64,000 bases of DNA from Heptranchias perlo (GCF_035084215.1 NC_090340.1:11656001-11720000); one strand, 5' to 3'. Positions 36,696 through 50,010 are shown, counted from the stretch's first letter. Notes: generated by a model from the letters alone, not told the origin. A program made the numbers and translations.

Positions 36696-38334
36696 GACAG
36701 ATGCTCCCCAATAGAATGCTGGTAATTCTTATTTGTATGTGGAGATTGAATGAATGAACAAAGATGTTACATTCCAGCACCCCTCATTTTGATGAATTCC
36801 CTCACTAAAATTCATTTACACTCCAGTTACCTACTGCTAATGATGTCAACAGAAACCACCAGTTCAGTTGACAATTAAATTATCAGTTGTAGAGAAACTG
36901 TAAAGTGAAACATTGACTACAAATTTCCACCAGAATTAAGTCAGCTGAAAAATAAACCCCCCGATTACCAGGAGAACACAGCTACCAGCACAAATCATTT
37001 CACAATCGATGAAACAATTACTTTAATGGATTGGACACTTGCACAACCTGGAGACTGAAAATCTGAAAAAAAAAGATTGTGCTGATTCACAGACAGGAAT
37101 TGTTAAGAGGGAGATCTGGGACAAGCTTTACGTTAAAGGTGCCATATCAATGAAACACAAACAGAAAACAAAGTGCCACCCTGTCAACATAACCTTCTAT
37201 TCCTTTCTCCCTCATGCACTTATCTAGCTTCCCCTTAAATGCATCTATGATATTCGCCTCAACCTAATTTAATTTAAGGCAGATATTATCTCAGGGCCCA
37301 GTTCATATTCCTCCATTTTACAGCGGGGAGAAATGCCTTGCCATTCACTGTTAAGCGTTGTCACGTGGAACATTCTTCAAGCTGTCCTGCCAAGAAACCA
37401 CAGGGAAATTGAACTTACAGTTGTAATGAAATGGAGTAGACAGGTGAGGGGGCAAACAGTGGGATAGCTGGTACTAAGTCAATGAATGAAGGCATTGCAA
37501 CCTAATGATGAAGGTCATAAGCATCATCACACAAAATTCCCATTAAAATCTGGTATAATGGCTGCATCGGTACTTAATAAGCCAGCCAGCTAACAAATCT
37601 CTGCAGTGGGCAAGCTGTATCACAAGGTGTGTGGGTCATAAAGATTTACATGAAGGCACAATGCATTTAACATGTGCCCTCACCCTGGGGTCATTCACTG
37701 AAACAGCAATGAAACAATTTAATGGCCTACTTGTGTTGCAGAACTGCTTCTTGAAATGGCCCTGCAGTAAGAGCTGAGCTGCCGGTGGTGTGGAATGCAG
37801 CCCCTTTCTGTTGTGGGGTGGATTCCCCCAGCATCACAAGCATTCACAGTCGCATTAAAGTCAGAGGTAGCGGCTTTATTTTCTGGTTGCCGTACCTTTG
37901 CCAATAGGCTGAGCAAGGAACGCACAGAGCAATGAGCGGGAAAGAAAAAAAAATCACCATCTGTCTGCGGAAGTAACCGGCAGCCGGCAGCCAGAAAAGA
38001 TGGCAGCTTCCGACACTGGCAGTGTTTAGATTGCTAATGATGGCATTCACAAAAATAACCCCCACCTTTTCAGCTGGGTCTCAGGGCCTCTGAAGCTAGC
38101 GGTGCCATCTCGTTTACTTTATAGCAGTGACACTTTTGTAAATAGTCATTCTTGGGATGCGGGAGTTGCTGGCAAGGCCGGCATTTATTGCCTATCCCTA
38201 ATTGCCCTGAGAAGGTGGTGGGTGAGTCTTCTATCTTTGTAATAGTTTGGTACAACTGAGTGGCTTGCTGGGCAACTTCAGAGGACAGTTAAGAGTCAAG
38301 TGCATTGGTGTAGGACTGGAGTCACATGTAGGCC

Positions 38335-38708
38335 AGTCCCACTCCAGAGACTTGAGCATAAAATCGGAGTGCTGCGCTGTCGGAGGTGCTATCTTTCGGA
38401 TGAGATATTAAACCGAGGCCCTTCCTGCCCTCTCAGGTGGATGTAAAAGATCCCACAGCACTATTCGAAGAAGAGCAGGGGAGTTCTCCTCAGTGTCCTG
38501 GCCAATATTTATCCCTCAACCAATACCTAAAATAGATGATCTGGTCATTTATTTCATTGCTGTTTGTGGGATCTTACTGTGCGCAGAATTGGCTGCCGCA
38601 TTTCCTACATTACAACAATGACTATACTTCAAAAGTACTTCAATGGCTGCAAAGTGCTATGGGACATCCTGAGGTTGTGAAAGGTGCTTTATAAATGCAG
38701 GTCTTTTT
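38335..38708 (+). mobile_element. DeuSINE-like SINE, 5'-truncated
   Basis: Co-linear with 5064-5458. Confidence 0.8.
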
Positions 38709-39639
38709 CACTTACTAGCCTAGGGACACTGAGGCCAACTGTAGTGTCCCTACTGCCACCTCTGGATGAAGTCAGATAACTCAGCAAACAGAAGGGATGG
38801 AATCTGCCACCTACCTGGTACATGTAGCTCAGTACCCCACCATGTGGCGCATTCACCTACGGAGCCATGGGCTGAGCACATTCAGCTTAAAACTGAAGGA
38901 ATATTACAAATTCAAACCATAGGGCATTAAGTGCAGATCCCTGACTGGTAGTAAAGAGTTGTAATACATTATTCCCTGTTCATGAAAGCTACTCTTGTAG
39001 AATTTGATTTCACTTCAGGGACATATGTTTCTGCCTTTAAGTGTACTTAGTAACTAAAAGTCAGAGCCATATTTGTAAAGTGTTTTTATATCAGTGCTGC
39101 AATGCAGATCTTGTTAAGATGCAACTAAGTTCTCAAGTTTGAAGAAATATCCTTTCTTTTGAGATCCTGATCCCTGATTTCGTGGTGTGTAAAGATACTG
39201 TTTTCCCCCTGGATTTCTCCTCTCCAGAAGACGCAAATACAGTTCAAAGGGTGCCTGCAGTGCTTCAATACATTGCCAAAACAGACTATTCAACTCTAGA
39301 GGGCAACATGGCTGAGCCTAACCAGGCTCTCACCCCACGAACATGCAGAAACAGATACAGACAAACACTTCCTAACAGGGATCACAAATGGAAACATGAA
39401 TCCTGGTTGATTTTTTTCACCTCTTGGGTCCAGAATACTGAAGCCAATTGTGCCCTAATTGTTGCTCTGAGTGAGATCAGCTACACCAGCACAGGCTGAG
39501 TAGATTTTTTTTTTGGTTGGGGGGGGCGGGGTGCGTGAGGGGAGATAAAGGTGGGGTTCCTTTGCAGTCAAGTTGGATCCAAGATCATCCACCATGGTGA
39601 CTGATGATTGGAATCATCAGGCTGGTTCTTCTTCAGCGA

Positions 39640-40192
39640 GTGACTCACCTCCCGACTCCCCAAAGCCTCTCCAGCACCTACAAGGCACAGGTCAGGAGGG
39701 TGATGGAATACTCTCCGCTTACTTGGCTGGTGCAGCTGCAATAACATTCAAGAAACTCGACACCATCCAGGACAAAGCCAATCCACCAGCTTAAACATCC
39801 ATTCCCTCCACCATCGGCATATCATAGCTGCAATGTGTCCTATTCACAGCATGCACTGCAGCAACTTGCTGAAGCTTCTTCAATAACTCCCAAACCTGCG
39901 ACCTCCACCACCCAGAAGGACAAGGGCAGCGGGTGCATGGGAACAACATCACCTCCATGTTCCCCTCCAAGTCACACACCATCCCAACTTGGACATATAT
40001 CAGCCGTTCCCACATCGTCGCTGGGTCAAAACCCTGGAACTCCCTAGCTAACATCACTGTGGGCGTATCTTCACCACATGGACTGCAGCGGTTCAAGAAG
40101 AAGGCTCACCACCACCTGCTCAAGGGCAACTAGGGATGGACAGTAAATGCCGGCCTCGCCAGCGCCCACATCCCGAGAATGAATAAATGAAA
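39640..40192 (+). mobile_element. Non-LTR LINE 3' fragment of a second family (YKAQVR..MEY type)
   Basis: YKAQVRRVMEYSP...KKLDTIQDKA...WNSL...LQRFKKKAHHHLL; 3' end TAGGGATGG..TAAATGCCGGCCTCGCCAGCG. Confidence 0.8.
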
Positions 40193-41632
40193 AACTTGGG
40201 TAAGTGAGGTATGACCCTAGAGGAGATAGCGTATAATCTATGTGTGTCAGACTAACCAAGCAAACTTGGAATTGAATTTGGGACTTTCTGATCTGTACAA
40301 CTCAGCACGACACCAGGTAATGCCTTTACCCACTAGCCGGCTGGGGAAGCTAAAAATACAGTTTTATTCTCATTTATATGTTCTCTATATATGGGAAAGG
40401 AGTTTATATACAGATCTTTATGGTAACTGTGCCTGCTTGATTTTGCAACTACTATTTAAACAGTCTGAAGACTAAATCCCATAATCAAAGTGAAATTAGT
40501 GCATCATACACTCTAATTGCTACTTTCAAGAACGTATCCACTTACCAAGCAATATTCCAGTCAGTATCTTGCAGCTCAGTTTTTGCAACACTAAGCACAG
40601 AATGGTGTAGAATTTCAAACTATATTTTTGGTCTTTTCATTTCATTGTCAGTTTTTTTCTAGTCCTCTCTTTTGAATGTCTCACCAGACGCCCATATTCC
40701 AGTGAGGAGCTTTGAATCGCAATCAGGGAATGGGGAAGCAAGAGTGATTTCTCTCTTCCCAAGCGCAGGGACACTAAGTCCAATTATGGCAACACCACCA
40801 TACCTCAGATCGGATAATGTGACCCAAATCAGGGATCAAACCTGGCTTCTGGTGTGCATGGCTCAGCTGCATGGCAGCTTCACAGACTAAACGTTCAGAA
40901 ACCAGCCATCATTTTTAATCAGTTGATCAATAGGCGCATGGAAGAAAAAAAATGCAACCTCGAAGAATGGCCATGAGGCGTAAAGCCAACAAATTATCAT
41001 GGAAAACAGTGAACACCAGAAAGCTGTACCATTTTTATGATGAATTAACCTTTAAAATAATTGACCAGACAATTTGAAGGATAAAGTAATCCATTGGCAC
41101 AGGGGGATTCAGCACAATACATTATATTTGAGCTTCACAATTCCAATATATTGCCACAGATTTACATCCAAAGCAAGCTATTGTAAAAATGTTATGTTGT
41201 GCGCGTTAAGTAAATCACATAAATAGGTTTAAAAATGTAAGTTTTAAAATTGTGTAGACTTTTTAACATGTATAAATATATCTACAGATTTAGAATATAT
41301 ATATATATAGATTTAGAAATATATATAACACATGCACTGAGGGAAAATCATTTTCTTGTTCACTTTAATTTCCCACTGCTGTGGCCTGCCTGATTTACAT
41401 TATTGACTAAATATTAACTCTTGCGAGCAGCTCCCATCAGTGGTTATCCTTCCTCAATATAATGCCTTTGCTAACAGAAGAATGTACTAACATCTGCAAA
41501 CAAAGTAGCATCTTTTTGAATTAATAATTAATAGAAGGGTTTCAAGCCCATCATTTTGGATCTGCTCCAACTTGGGCGGGCAGTGCCAACTGACTGGGGT
41601 ATCCCAACATTTGTAAAATCAAAATCAACACC

Positions 41633-42252
41633 AAAAATGGACTGACAATCAGATCAGAAGCTGGAAAATCCTTGTGGGAACTAGCAAGAGCTTTTGGGAG
41701 TTGTGTGTGGTGGTTGTAGTAGTGGACAGCTATGCCATTAGTTAAAGCGTCAAAAGGAATTTCGGACAATGGGCACATGGCAGAGACACACACGGGCTCC
41801 CAGACATTGGGCAAGTGGCACACACATGGGCTCCTGGCAATGGGTGCACACAGCACACGCATGGGCTCCCATACAATGGGCATATGGCACACACACATGG
41901 TCTCCCAGACAATGGGCACATGGCACAGAAACACATGAGCTCCCAGGACATTGGGCAAGTGGCACACACATGGGCTCCTGGCAATGAGTGCATGCAGCAC
42001 ACTCATGGGCACCTGTACAATGGGCACATGGCACAGCCACACATGGGCTCCCAGACATTGGGCAAGTGGCACACACATGTTCGTCTCTTGTGCCAAGCTC
42101 CGTCGTTCATCTTGATGGAGGGTTATGTGCATCATTTATGAACTGCGCAGGGCACACTGGCATAGCTGTCCACTACTACACCCACCACCCACAACTCTTG
42201 CTAGTTCCCACAAGGATTTTCCAGCTTCTGACCTGATTGTCAGTCCATTTTT
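41633..42252. repeat. Fold-back: ~95-105 bp inverted arms enclosing a minisatellite
   Basis: 41633-41737 is inverted relative to 42158-42252, with few mismatches and one 10-bp indel. Confidence 0.85.
41765..42079. repeat. Minisatellite, ~9 units of 33-38 bp with higher-order structure
   Basis: Variants of ACAATGGGCACATGGCACACACATGGGCTCCCAG in the order A-B-C-A'-A-B-C-A-B. Confidence 0.9.
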
Positions 42253-42985
42253 ACTTTCTCTCATTCCTCCATTTCGAACTTTATTTTAAAACCCAAGCTT
42301 GGCATCACTTTATCTTCCTACTTGATTGATCCTACCTTCCCTTGTCCTCTTTTCAGCCCTGGAGGTGGCCTGCACTATAGGCCTTGACCCTTTACCTAGG
42401 ATTCTCAATTTTTAAAAGCTATGTTCGACTCAGCAGTAAGATGAATTATTTTCCACAAATGACAGCTCAAGAGTAACAGAGCTGCAATCGGGCTCGCACG
42501 TGGAGATACTTATCACATCACACAGCTGCTCAGAACATCTGGGGGTAGAAATCCATCTGGGGCGGTCGCGCAAAACAGGCTGCCCGTCCGATATTCCATT
42601 CCATTAACTTCAGACACACCTCAGTTTTGCAGCTCAAGGAAATCTATTGTGGCTCCTTTGCATTGACTCTTCCTTTGTGAGGAAATCAGATTTTTATTTG
42701 CATTGATATTATAAGCTTCATTCACTTCATTCATTCTCCAGTTCTCAGTGCAGCCAGGACCGAGTGGGTAAGCGTACTGCCTTGTTTGGTTACCAAGCCT
42801 TGCACAGTAGGAAGGTCCCAAGGTTAAAGTCAGTAAGGAGGATTCTCTGTGTCCTCACCCCTCCATGGCAGGATACCTGGCCCGCTATGAGCAGCGATGG
42901 AAAAATAGTGTGATTTTCTAATCCCAGCAGTGGCCAATTAGCTCAACACACACCTGGACTTGGAAAGTCTACCCTTCTAACTCTA

Positions 42986-43092
42986 ATGTAAGGACTCTTA
43001 CAACACCAGGTTATAAATTTGTTGGACTATAAACTGGTGTTGTAAGATTCCTTACATTTGTCCACCCCAGTCCATCACCGGCATCTCCACAT
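42986..43092. mobile_element. Miniature PLE insertion (inverted terminal ends plus tail)
   Basis: TSD CCTTCTAACTCTA at 42973-42985 and 43093-43105. 31-bp inverted arms (42985-43015 / 43028-43058, 2 mismatches). Tail CCCCAGTCCATCACCGGCATCTCCACAT is identical to the tail of the large insertion. Confidence 0.9.
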
Positions 43093-43811
43093 CCTTCTAA
43101 CTCTATGCATCTATCGAAAGATTAATTTTGCCAGATATAATTTCACGATGTTGTGATAAACAACTTTCATAAGGAGAATGGGGAAGCTCCCTACTGCTGC
43201 AATAGATAGACACAGCACAAAGATCGGTAGGGTTCCTAGTTCATGCCCTTGTCTGTGCTGAGTTAGCTGATCTCAGCGCTGCTGGCAGTAGAGCACTTCA
43301 GCTGGTTAAGAGATGAAAAATAAAATAGCCAGAGTTTCTGTTCGCTTTCCAGTGACCCCATGTGATAAATGCCAGCTCCGTTCTGTGTATTATTATAGAG
43401 TATTTTTATATATCTTTTCAAATGTATTTTAGTTTGACCAATGCATTGGAAATTTTAAAATGGAGTCATGGTTACTTGGATTTCCTTGGTCCTGGGTTTG
43501 TGGATAGAGTGAATATACAGAACAGGCTCAATGCAGATGGGGGCTAATTGTTTGTGATTGCCATAGCAATAAAAGGGGTGCCATGCCAGTGAAAGGTTCC
43601 AGAAGCCTTTCTTTCAGGTCTGAAATAGTAAACAGCTCATCAAACAGTGAGGGGTGGGTGCATTCCTCTACCATCAGGCAGTTCAGGAAGAATTTGAGTT
43701 TCTTCAAAGGCAGTCACCTAATGTGAAAGGCCTCCTTTGAATAAGCAGACTGGAAAGTGTAGTTTACTGCTTCTTAAGTTCATTCAGCTGAACCACACTT
43801 CCACATGATGG

Positions 43812-44048
43812 CACTGAGGTAGAACTCCACAGAACTGAGCTGGAACTCCATGGGCCTGAGCTGGAGATCCATGGACCTGAGCTGGAGATCCACAAACCTC
43901 ACAAATGTCTCTATGGGCCTGAGCTGGAACTCCATGGGCCTGAGCTGGAACTCCATGGGCCTGAGCTGGAACTCCATGGGCCTGAGCTGGAACTCCATGG
44001 GCCTGAGGTAGATCTCTATGGGCCTAAGCTGGAACTCCATTGACCTGA
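43812..44048. repeat. 21-bp minisatellite, ~11 copies
   Basis: CTGAGCTGGAACTCCATGGGC units. Confidence 0.92.
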
Positions 44049-44088
44049 AACACCTACATTATATTCATTCAAGGTTCAGTTAAAAGAC

Positions 44089-45485
44089 TTATTTCTTCAT
44101 CTGTTCAGGGATATGGGCGATGTTGGAAAGGTGACGTTTATTGCTCATCCCTGAGATGGTGGTGATGGGCCTTCTTGAACCACTGTTGCACTTATGGTGA
44201 TGCTGCTCCCACAATAGCGTTAGGTAAGGAATTCCAGGACTTTGAACCAGTGACGATGCAGGAACGACAATATATGACTGGGTCAGGATGTTGTGCAACT
44301 TGGAAGGGAACATGAAGGTTTTTTTTATTAGTTCATGGGATGTGGGCATCGCTGGTAAGGCCAGCATTTATTGCCCATCCCTAATTGCCCTTGAGAAGGT
44401 GGTGGTGAGCCGCCTTCTTGAACTGCTGCAGTCCGTGTGGTTTATGATATTGCTCCATTTATCCTTCTTGAAGCTAGATGTCATGGGGATGGGAAGTACT
44501 GTTGAAGTAAGCTTGGTCAGTTGCTGCAGTGCATCCTGTAGATAGTACATACTGCAGCCACAGTAGTGGAGAGGGTTGATATTGAGTCCAGTGGCAGGGA
44601 CACCAATCAACTGGACTGCTTTGCCCTAATGGTGTTGAGCTTCTTGAGTGTTGTGCTGCACTCATCCAGGTGAGTGGTGAATATTTATAATGGAGAGGCT
44701 TTGAGGATTCTAGAAGTGAGCTGCACGTGAGAGTAACCAGCCATTGGATCTGCTCATGAAGCCATGGTGTTGATGTGGCTCCAATCAAGTTTCTGGTCAA
44801 TGGGGACCTCCCAAGATGCTGATGGTGGTGAAGTCAGTAATGGTGGTGCAGTTGATGGTCAGAGCGAGGTGGCTCGGCTTTGTCCTGTTGGAGATGGTCA
44901 TTGGCTAGTGCTTATAACGTGTGACTATTACCTGCCACTTGGCGACCCAGGTCTGTATGTTGTGCTAGTCCTGCTATTGGTTAGCATGGACTTGTTCATT
45001 ATCAGAGGAGTTGCAAATGGAGATGAACACTGTGGAATCATCATCAAGCAGCCCCACCCATAACATTACGATGGAGAGAAAATCATGAAGAAGCAGATGA
45101 AGGTGGTTTGGGCCAGGATGCCGCCCTGAGGAACACCTGCAGTGATGTTCTGAAGCTATGATGATTGATTCTGACAATCACAACCATCTTCTTTTGACTC
45201 AGGTTTGACTCCAATCACTGGAAGGTTTCCCTTTGACCACTATTGACCTCAGTTTTGCTGGAGCTCCTCAGTGCCCTACTTGGTCGGATGCTGCCTCGAT
45301 CTCAAGGGAAGCTATTCTCGCCTCTCTTCTGGTGTTCAGCTCTTGCACCATGTCTGGATCACGGCTGTGATGAGGTGCAGAGCCACATGGTACTGGCAGA
45401 AGCTGAACAGAGCGTCGGTGAACAGGTTATTGGTGACTGGGTGCACTGCTGTGATTCCCTACATCCCTTTGCTGATGATTGGGCA
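44089..45485 (-). mobile_element. Older copy of the same LINE family, with a younger 3' end nested at ~44319-44440
   Basis: Reverse complement matches 39640-40192 and extends further 5' into the RT (GVPQG and DD-like segments). Confidence 0.72.
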
Positions 45486-45487
45486 GA

Positions 45488-45940
45488 GGGGCTCAGTGGT
45501 AGCACTCTTGACTCTCAGTCAGAAGGTCATGGGTTCAAGTCCCACTCCAGGGACTTGAGCACAAAATCCAGGCCGACATTTCAGTGCAATACTGAGGGAT
45601 TGCTGCACTGTTGGAGGTGATGTATTTCAGATAAGACATTAAACCAAGGCCCCGTCTGCCCTCTCAGGTGGACGTAAAGGATCCCGTGGCACTATTTTGA
45701 ATAAGAGCAGTTGAGTTCTCCCCGGTGTCCTGGCCAACATTTATCCCTCAACCAACATCACCAAAACAGATTATCTGGTCATTATCACGATGCTGTATGT
45801 GGGAGCTTGCTGTGCACAAATTGGCTGCTGCGTTTCCTACAACAGTGCCTACACCAAAAGTACTTAATTGGCTGTAAAGCGCTTTGGGACGTTCTGAGGT
45901 TATGAAAGGCACCATATTAATGCAAGTTCGTTCTTTCTTT
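45488..45940 (+). mobile_element. DeuSINE-like SINE, full length
   Basis: GGCTCAGTGG and GGTTCAAGTCC boxes, core and tail. Confidence 0.8.
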
Positions 45941-46894
45941 AAAGATTCCACTGCAGTGTGAAATTCAGCGAGTAATACAAAGTATTTACGTTTTGCAATA
46001 TTATTTGTAATTATGTCCAAACTAACTAATGTCCACCCGAAATGAATTCAGTTTAAAATAATGAATAATATACTGTATTGTAGTCATTGTCAGCTATGGT
46101 TAGTGGCTCTTTGAAAGGACCATAGATGACAGAGATCCAGGAAAGAAATGGGGACACTGGCTCTTTTGTTGAGGGAGTGCAACACACTCGAACCATTTTT
46201 GGAAAGAAATGCTCGCAACAGTCACGCTGACCTAAATACCACTGGTGACCCTAATTGATGTGTCAGAGATCAACAAACAAGTCTTTATTAAGGTCTACGA
46301 ACCAATGATTCTTGCCAATGGTAGGGGGAGGAGGTGAGGAACAGACTGGTCCATCTCTTCCAATTTAAGTGAGAACAGATAAATGTTTGATGATTGTTCT
46401 CGATGGTATTCTATTAGATACTGGGATAGATTTCATCTGTTATGCTTCTTAATATGTGTGATAATCAAGCTATGGGGTGAACATTGGGGGAATATTATAA
46501 ATGGCAGCAAGGCAACTGCTTCCTTTACTCAATAAAGGAGTTTTACTGATGGCACATACGTGTTATTCCCGCTTTAGAGACACTCGTTACTATAAAATGA
46601 TCTGACTTGAGAGATAAAAGGACAGTCCTGTGGTTCTCATGAGTTGTTGTGGGGTCACCATTTATAAGTAAACGCACAGAGCTAGATTCCATCCCATTTA
46701 GATACGGTAATGGCCGTCTCCTGCTCTGTGATCTCCTCCAGAAATTCAATTAAGTTAGTCAATCATTGCCTGTCCTTCACAAATTCACGATGAGTGTTCC
46801 TTATTAGGCCAAATCTCTCTAAGTGTTTCCTAATTTCATCCTGTATCAGTTCAAAGGATAGTATTCTGCACCGCATTGCCTAGATCTCCTCTCA

Positions 46895-47230
46895 TAACAC
46901 AACAACTTGCATTTATATAGCGCCTTTAACACAGTAAAATGTCCCATGATGCTTCACAGAAGCATTAGCAAACATAATTTGACACCGAGTCACAAAGAGA
47001 TATTAGGACAGGTGACCAAAAGCTTGGTTAAAGAGGTAGGTTTTAAGGAGTGTCTTAGAAGGAGAGGGGTGGAGAAGTTTAGGGAGGGAATTGCAGCTGA
47101 AGGCACTGCCGCCTATGGTGGGGCGATGGACATCGTGAATGCGCAAAAGACTAGAATTGGAGGGGCGCAGAGATCTCGGAGGGTTGTAGAGCGACAGAGA
47201 TTTGAACACGAGGATGAGAATTTTAAAACA
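46895..47230 (-). mobile_element. L2-type LINE 3' fragment
   Basis: FKILILVFKS...LKTYLF on the minus strand. Confidence 0.8.
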
Positions 47231-47674
47231 CATCTTACTGCAACACCCAAGCAGCAAACCTGCTACTTCCCTCACCACACATCAGGTACTGACATTCATC
47301 AACACAGCTTCAGCTCCCATAACACCACTGCTCAACCTGGGGCTCCCTTGGGCAATATGGACCAGCTCCTGCATGGTCAGTCCTGCTCTCAATCCTTTAC
47401 TATGTGACAATTACCAATCCACCCTGATACACTTGCTGCTCAGTTTCTCTCATTCTCTGCCTTCTTGAGAGTCCCCATACAGCCCATCGCCCTGCACCTC
47501 TGCTCTCAGCTCTTCATCCTCCAGCAGCCTGCTTTCACGCATCTCTTCCAACCTCATCTCCCAGGGAGCCTTCAGCTCCGCCATGTTGACATTCCATGGG
47601 GCAAACCCAGCACAGATCGTCAGATGGGAGCGCAGGTTGGATATAGTCATACCCTCTCAGTTCTGGTATCCTAT

Positions 47675-48105
47675 TAGGACAAACTGAACAGGCTGGGGCT
47701 CTTTATTCTAGATTGAGAGGTAACCTGATAGAGGTCTTTAAAATTATAAAAGGATTTGATAGGGTAGATGTAGAGGAAATGTTTACACTCACGGAAGAGT
47801 CCAAAACTAGGGGCCTTAAATATAAGATTGTCACTAATAAATCCAATAAGGAATTCAGGAGAAACTTCTTTACTCAGAGAGTGGTTAGAATGTGGAACTT
47901 GCTACCACGTGGAGTAGTTGAGGAGAATAGCGTAGATGCATTTAAGGGGAAGCTAGATAAGTACACAAGGGAGAAAAAGGAATAGAAGGGATATGTTGAT
48001 GGGATGAAATGAAGTAAGGTGGGAGGAGGTTCGTGTGGAGCATAAACGCCAACATAGACCTGTTAGGTCAAATGGCCTGTTTCTGTGCTGTAAATTTGAT
48101 GTAAC
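47675..48105 (+). mobile_element. CR1 3' fragment
   Basis: RGNLIEVFKII...RRNFFTQRVVRMWN...FKGKLDK. Confidence 0.88.
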
Positions 48106-48771
48106 GCTATGGTGCTGTTTGTGCAAACAAGAGGTTCTGTATGGGGACTGCAGGATCCCTCAATAAACTTCAATGTGTACTGTAGCACTATACTCAACCT
48201 CAGACCTACACCATATCCGTGCACCACGTGCATCTCAATCAACAATATACCACGAATACAATGAAAACAATGTCGTTATTTTTTTATTACATGCAGAACA
48301 TAACATAACAAATAGGAGCAGGAGTAGGCCAATCGGCCCTTCGAGCCTGCTCCGCCATTTAATAAGATCATGGCTGATCTGATCCTAACCTCAAATCTAA
48401 ATTCATGTCCAATTTCCACAATGAAGTGGCACTGCATTTCCAAAAGGATTTGAAGATTTGGAAAGTTTTTTTAAAAAGTCTGAATTGGAATTGTTCTGGG
48501 CCTGTCACATTTGCTTCTGCGTATTTTACTTCCGTTCTGATTACACATCACATCAGCCTCTGTATCTGGCCGCAGCCCCGTCTACATTGATTTTTATTAC
48601 CAGGCACCTCTGGTAACTGTCACTTACTTCTTAAAAGCTACTTCATCACCGAGACGTGTTGCCATGGCAGCAGAATTAGCTGCCATTCACAGCTGAACCT
48701 CTTCCCACCCAAAGAGAGCCGCGTTGATGAGCGTATCATCGCACTCGCACGCCAGGGGTCACACCGGTTGT

Positions 48772-48799
<28 letters not shown>
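48772..48799. repeat. (AC)n microsatellite
   Basis: About 14 AC units. Confidence 0.95.
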
Positions 48800-48802
<3 letters not shown>

Positions 48803-49029
48803 TCTGTCATAATCTGACTAATTCAGCATTTCGACACCCCCTCCTTCCTGACAGCACTTTATATGACAGGACCTCAGGGATGTCATTGTGCAGCCAGGCC
48901 TGTGCGATACGATCAAGGTAGCACAATCTGAATGTCAGTCCGGCCTGTTAATGTCTTGAAGTTTGTTTTGTTTTGATAAATTAATAAACACAACAGGGCA
49001 GATTTTTGTCTTCACCGTCTGAGCTGTAT

Positions 49030-49380
49030 ATAAGAACATAGCAACAAGGTGTCGGCCATTCTGCCCCTCAAGCCTGTTCCGCCATTCAATTAGATCATGG
49101 CTGATCTATATATCAACTCCCTTTGTTCCATATTCCTGGTTACCCTTACGTAATAAAAATCTATCGATCTCAGTCATGAAACCTCCAATTGACCCCCAGC
49201 ACCTACAGCCTTGTGGAGCAGAGAATGCCAGATTTTTACTACCCTTTTTGTGAAAACGAGATTCCTGATTTCACTCCTGAATGGCCCAGCTAATTTTAAG
49301 ATTAAGCCCCTTGTTCTCGAATCCCCCACCAGAAGAAATAGTTTCTAACTACCCTATCGAATTCTTTTAATCTTTTAAAC
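49030..49380 (-). mobile_element. CR1 3' fragment
   Basis: Reverse complement of a CR1 3' UTR and ORF2 end. Confidence 0.78.
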
Positions 49381-49479
49381 AGCTGTAACCTGGGGAGCAG
49401 ATCGGACGCCCTTTATAGAACTCGCCCGGTTCTCATTCCATTGATTTCAGAGCCAATAACTAAAATAGCACTTTCTCAT

Positions 49480-50010
49480 GGTGATATTGGTCAGACCACA
49501 TCTGGAGTACTGCATTCAGTTCTGGGCACCACACCTCAGGAAGGGTATATTGGCCTTGCAGGAGGTACAGCGTAGATTCACCAGAATGATACCAGGGCTT
49601 AGAGGGTTAAATTATGAGGACGGGTTTCATAAGCTTGGCTTGTATTCCCTTGAGTTTAGAAGATTGAGGGGTGATCTGATCGAGGTGTTTGAAATGGTTA
49701 AAGGATTTGATAAGGTAGATGCAGAGAAACTATTTCCTCTGGTGGGGGAATCCAGAACAAGGAGTCATAATCTTAAAATTAGAGCTAGGCCGTTCAGAAG
49801 TGAAATCAGGAAGCACTTCTTCACATAAAGGCTAGTAGAAATCTGGAACTCTCTCTCCCAAAAGGCCGTGGATGCTGGATCAATTGGAGCATTCAGGACT
49901 GAGATTGACAGATTCTTGTTAGGTAAGGGTATCAAGGGATATGGAGCAATGGCAGGAAAATGGGGTAGAGGTACAGATCAACCATGAATGGCCTCCTCCT
50001 GTTCCTATAT
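49480..50010 (+). mobile_element. CR1 3' fragment
   Basis: LVRPHLEYCIQFWAP...RRLRGDLIEVF. Confidence 0.88.

Noticed and set aside
41765-42079. CRISPR-like regular repeats
   Set aside because: Units are adjacent with no unique spacers, there are no cas genes, and the context is eukaryotic.
41551-42236. Cys/His-rich ORFs in several frames (up to 194 aa)
   Set aside because: They result from a stop-poor minisatellite that is open on both strands; no splice or start context supports coding.
43780-44040. ORF with MEFQLRP repeats
   Set aside because: Translation of a 21-bp tandem repeat.
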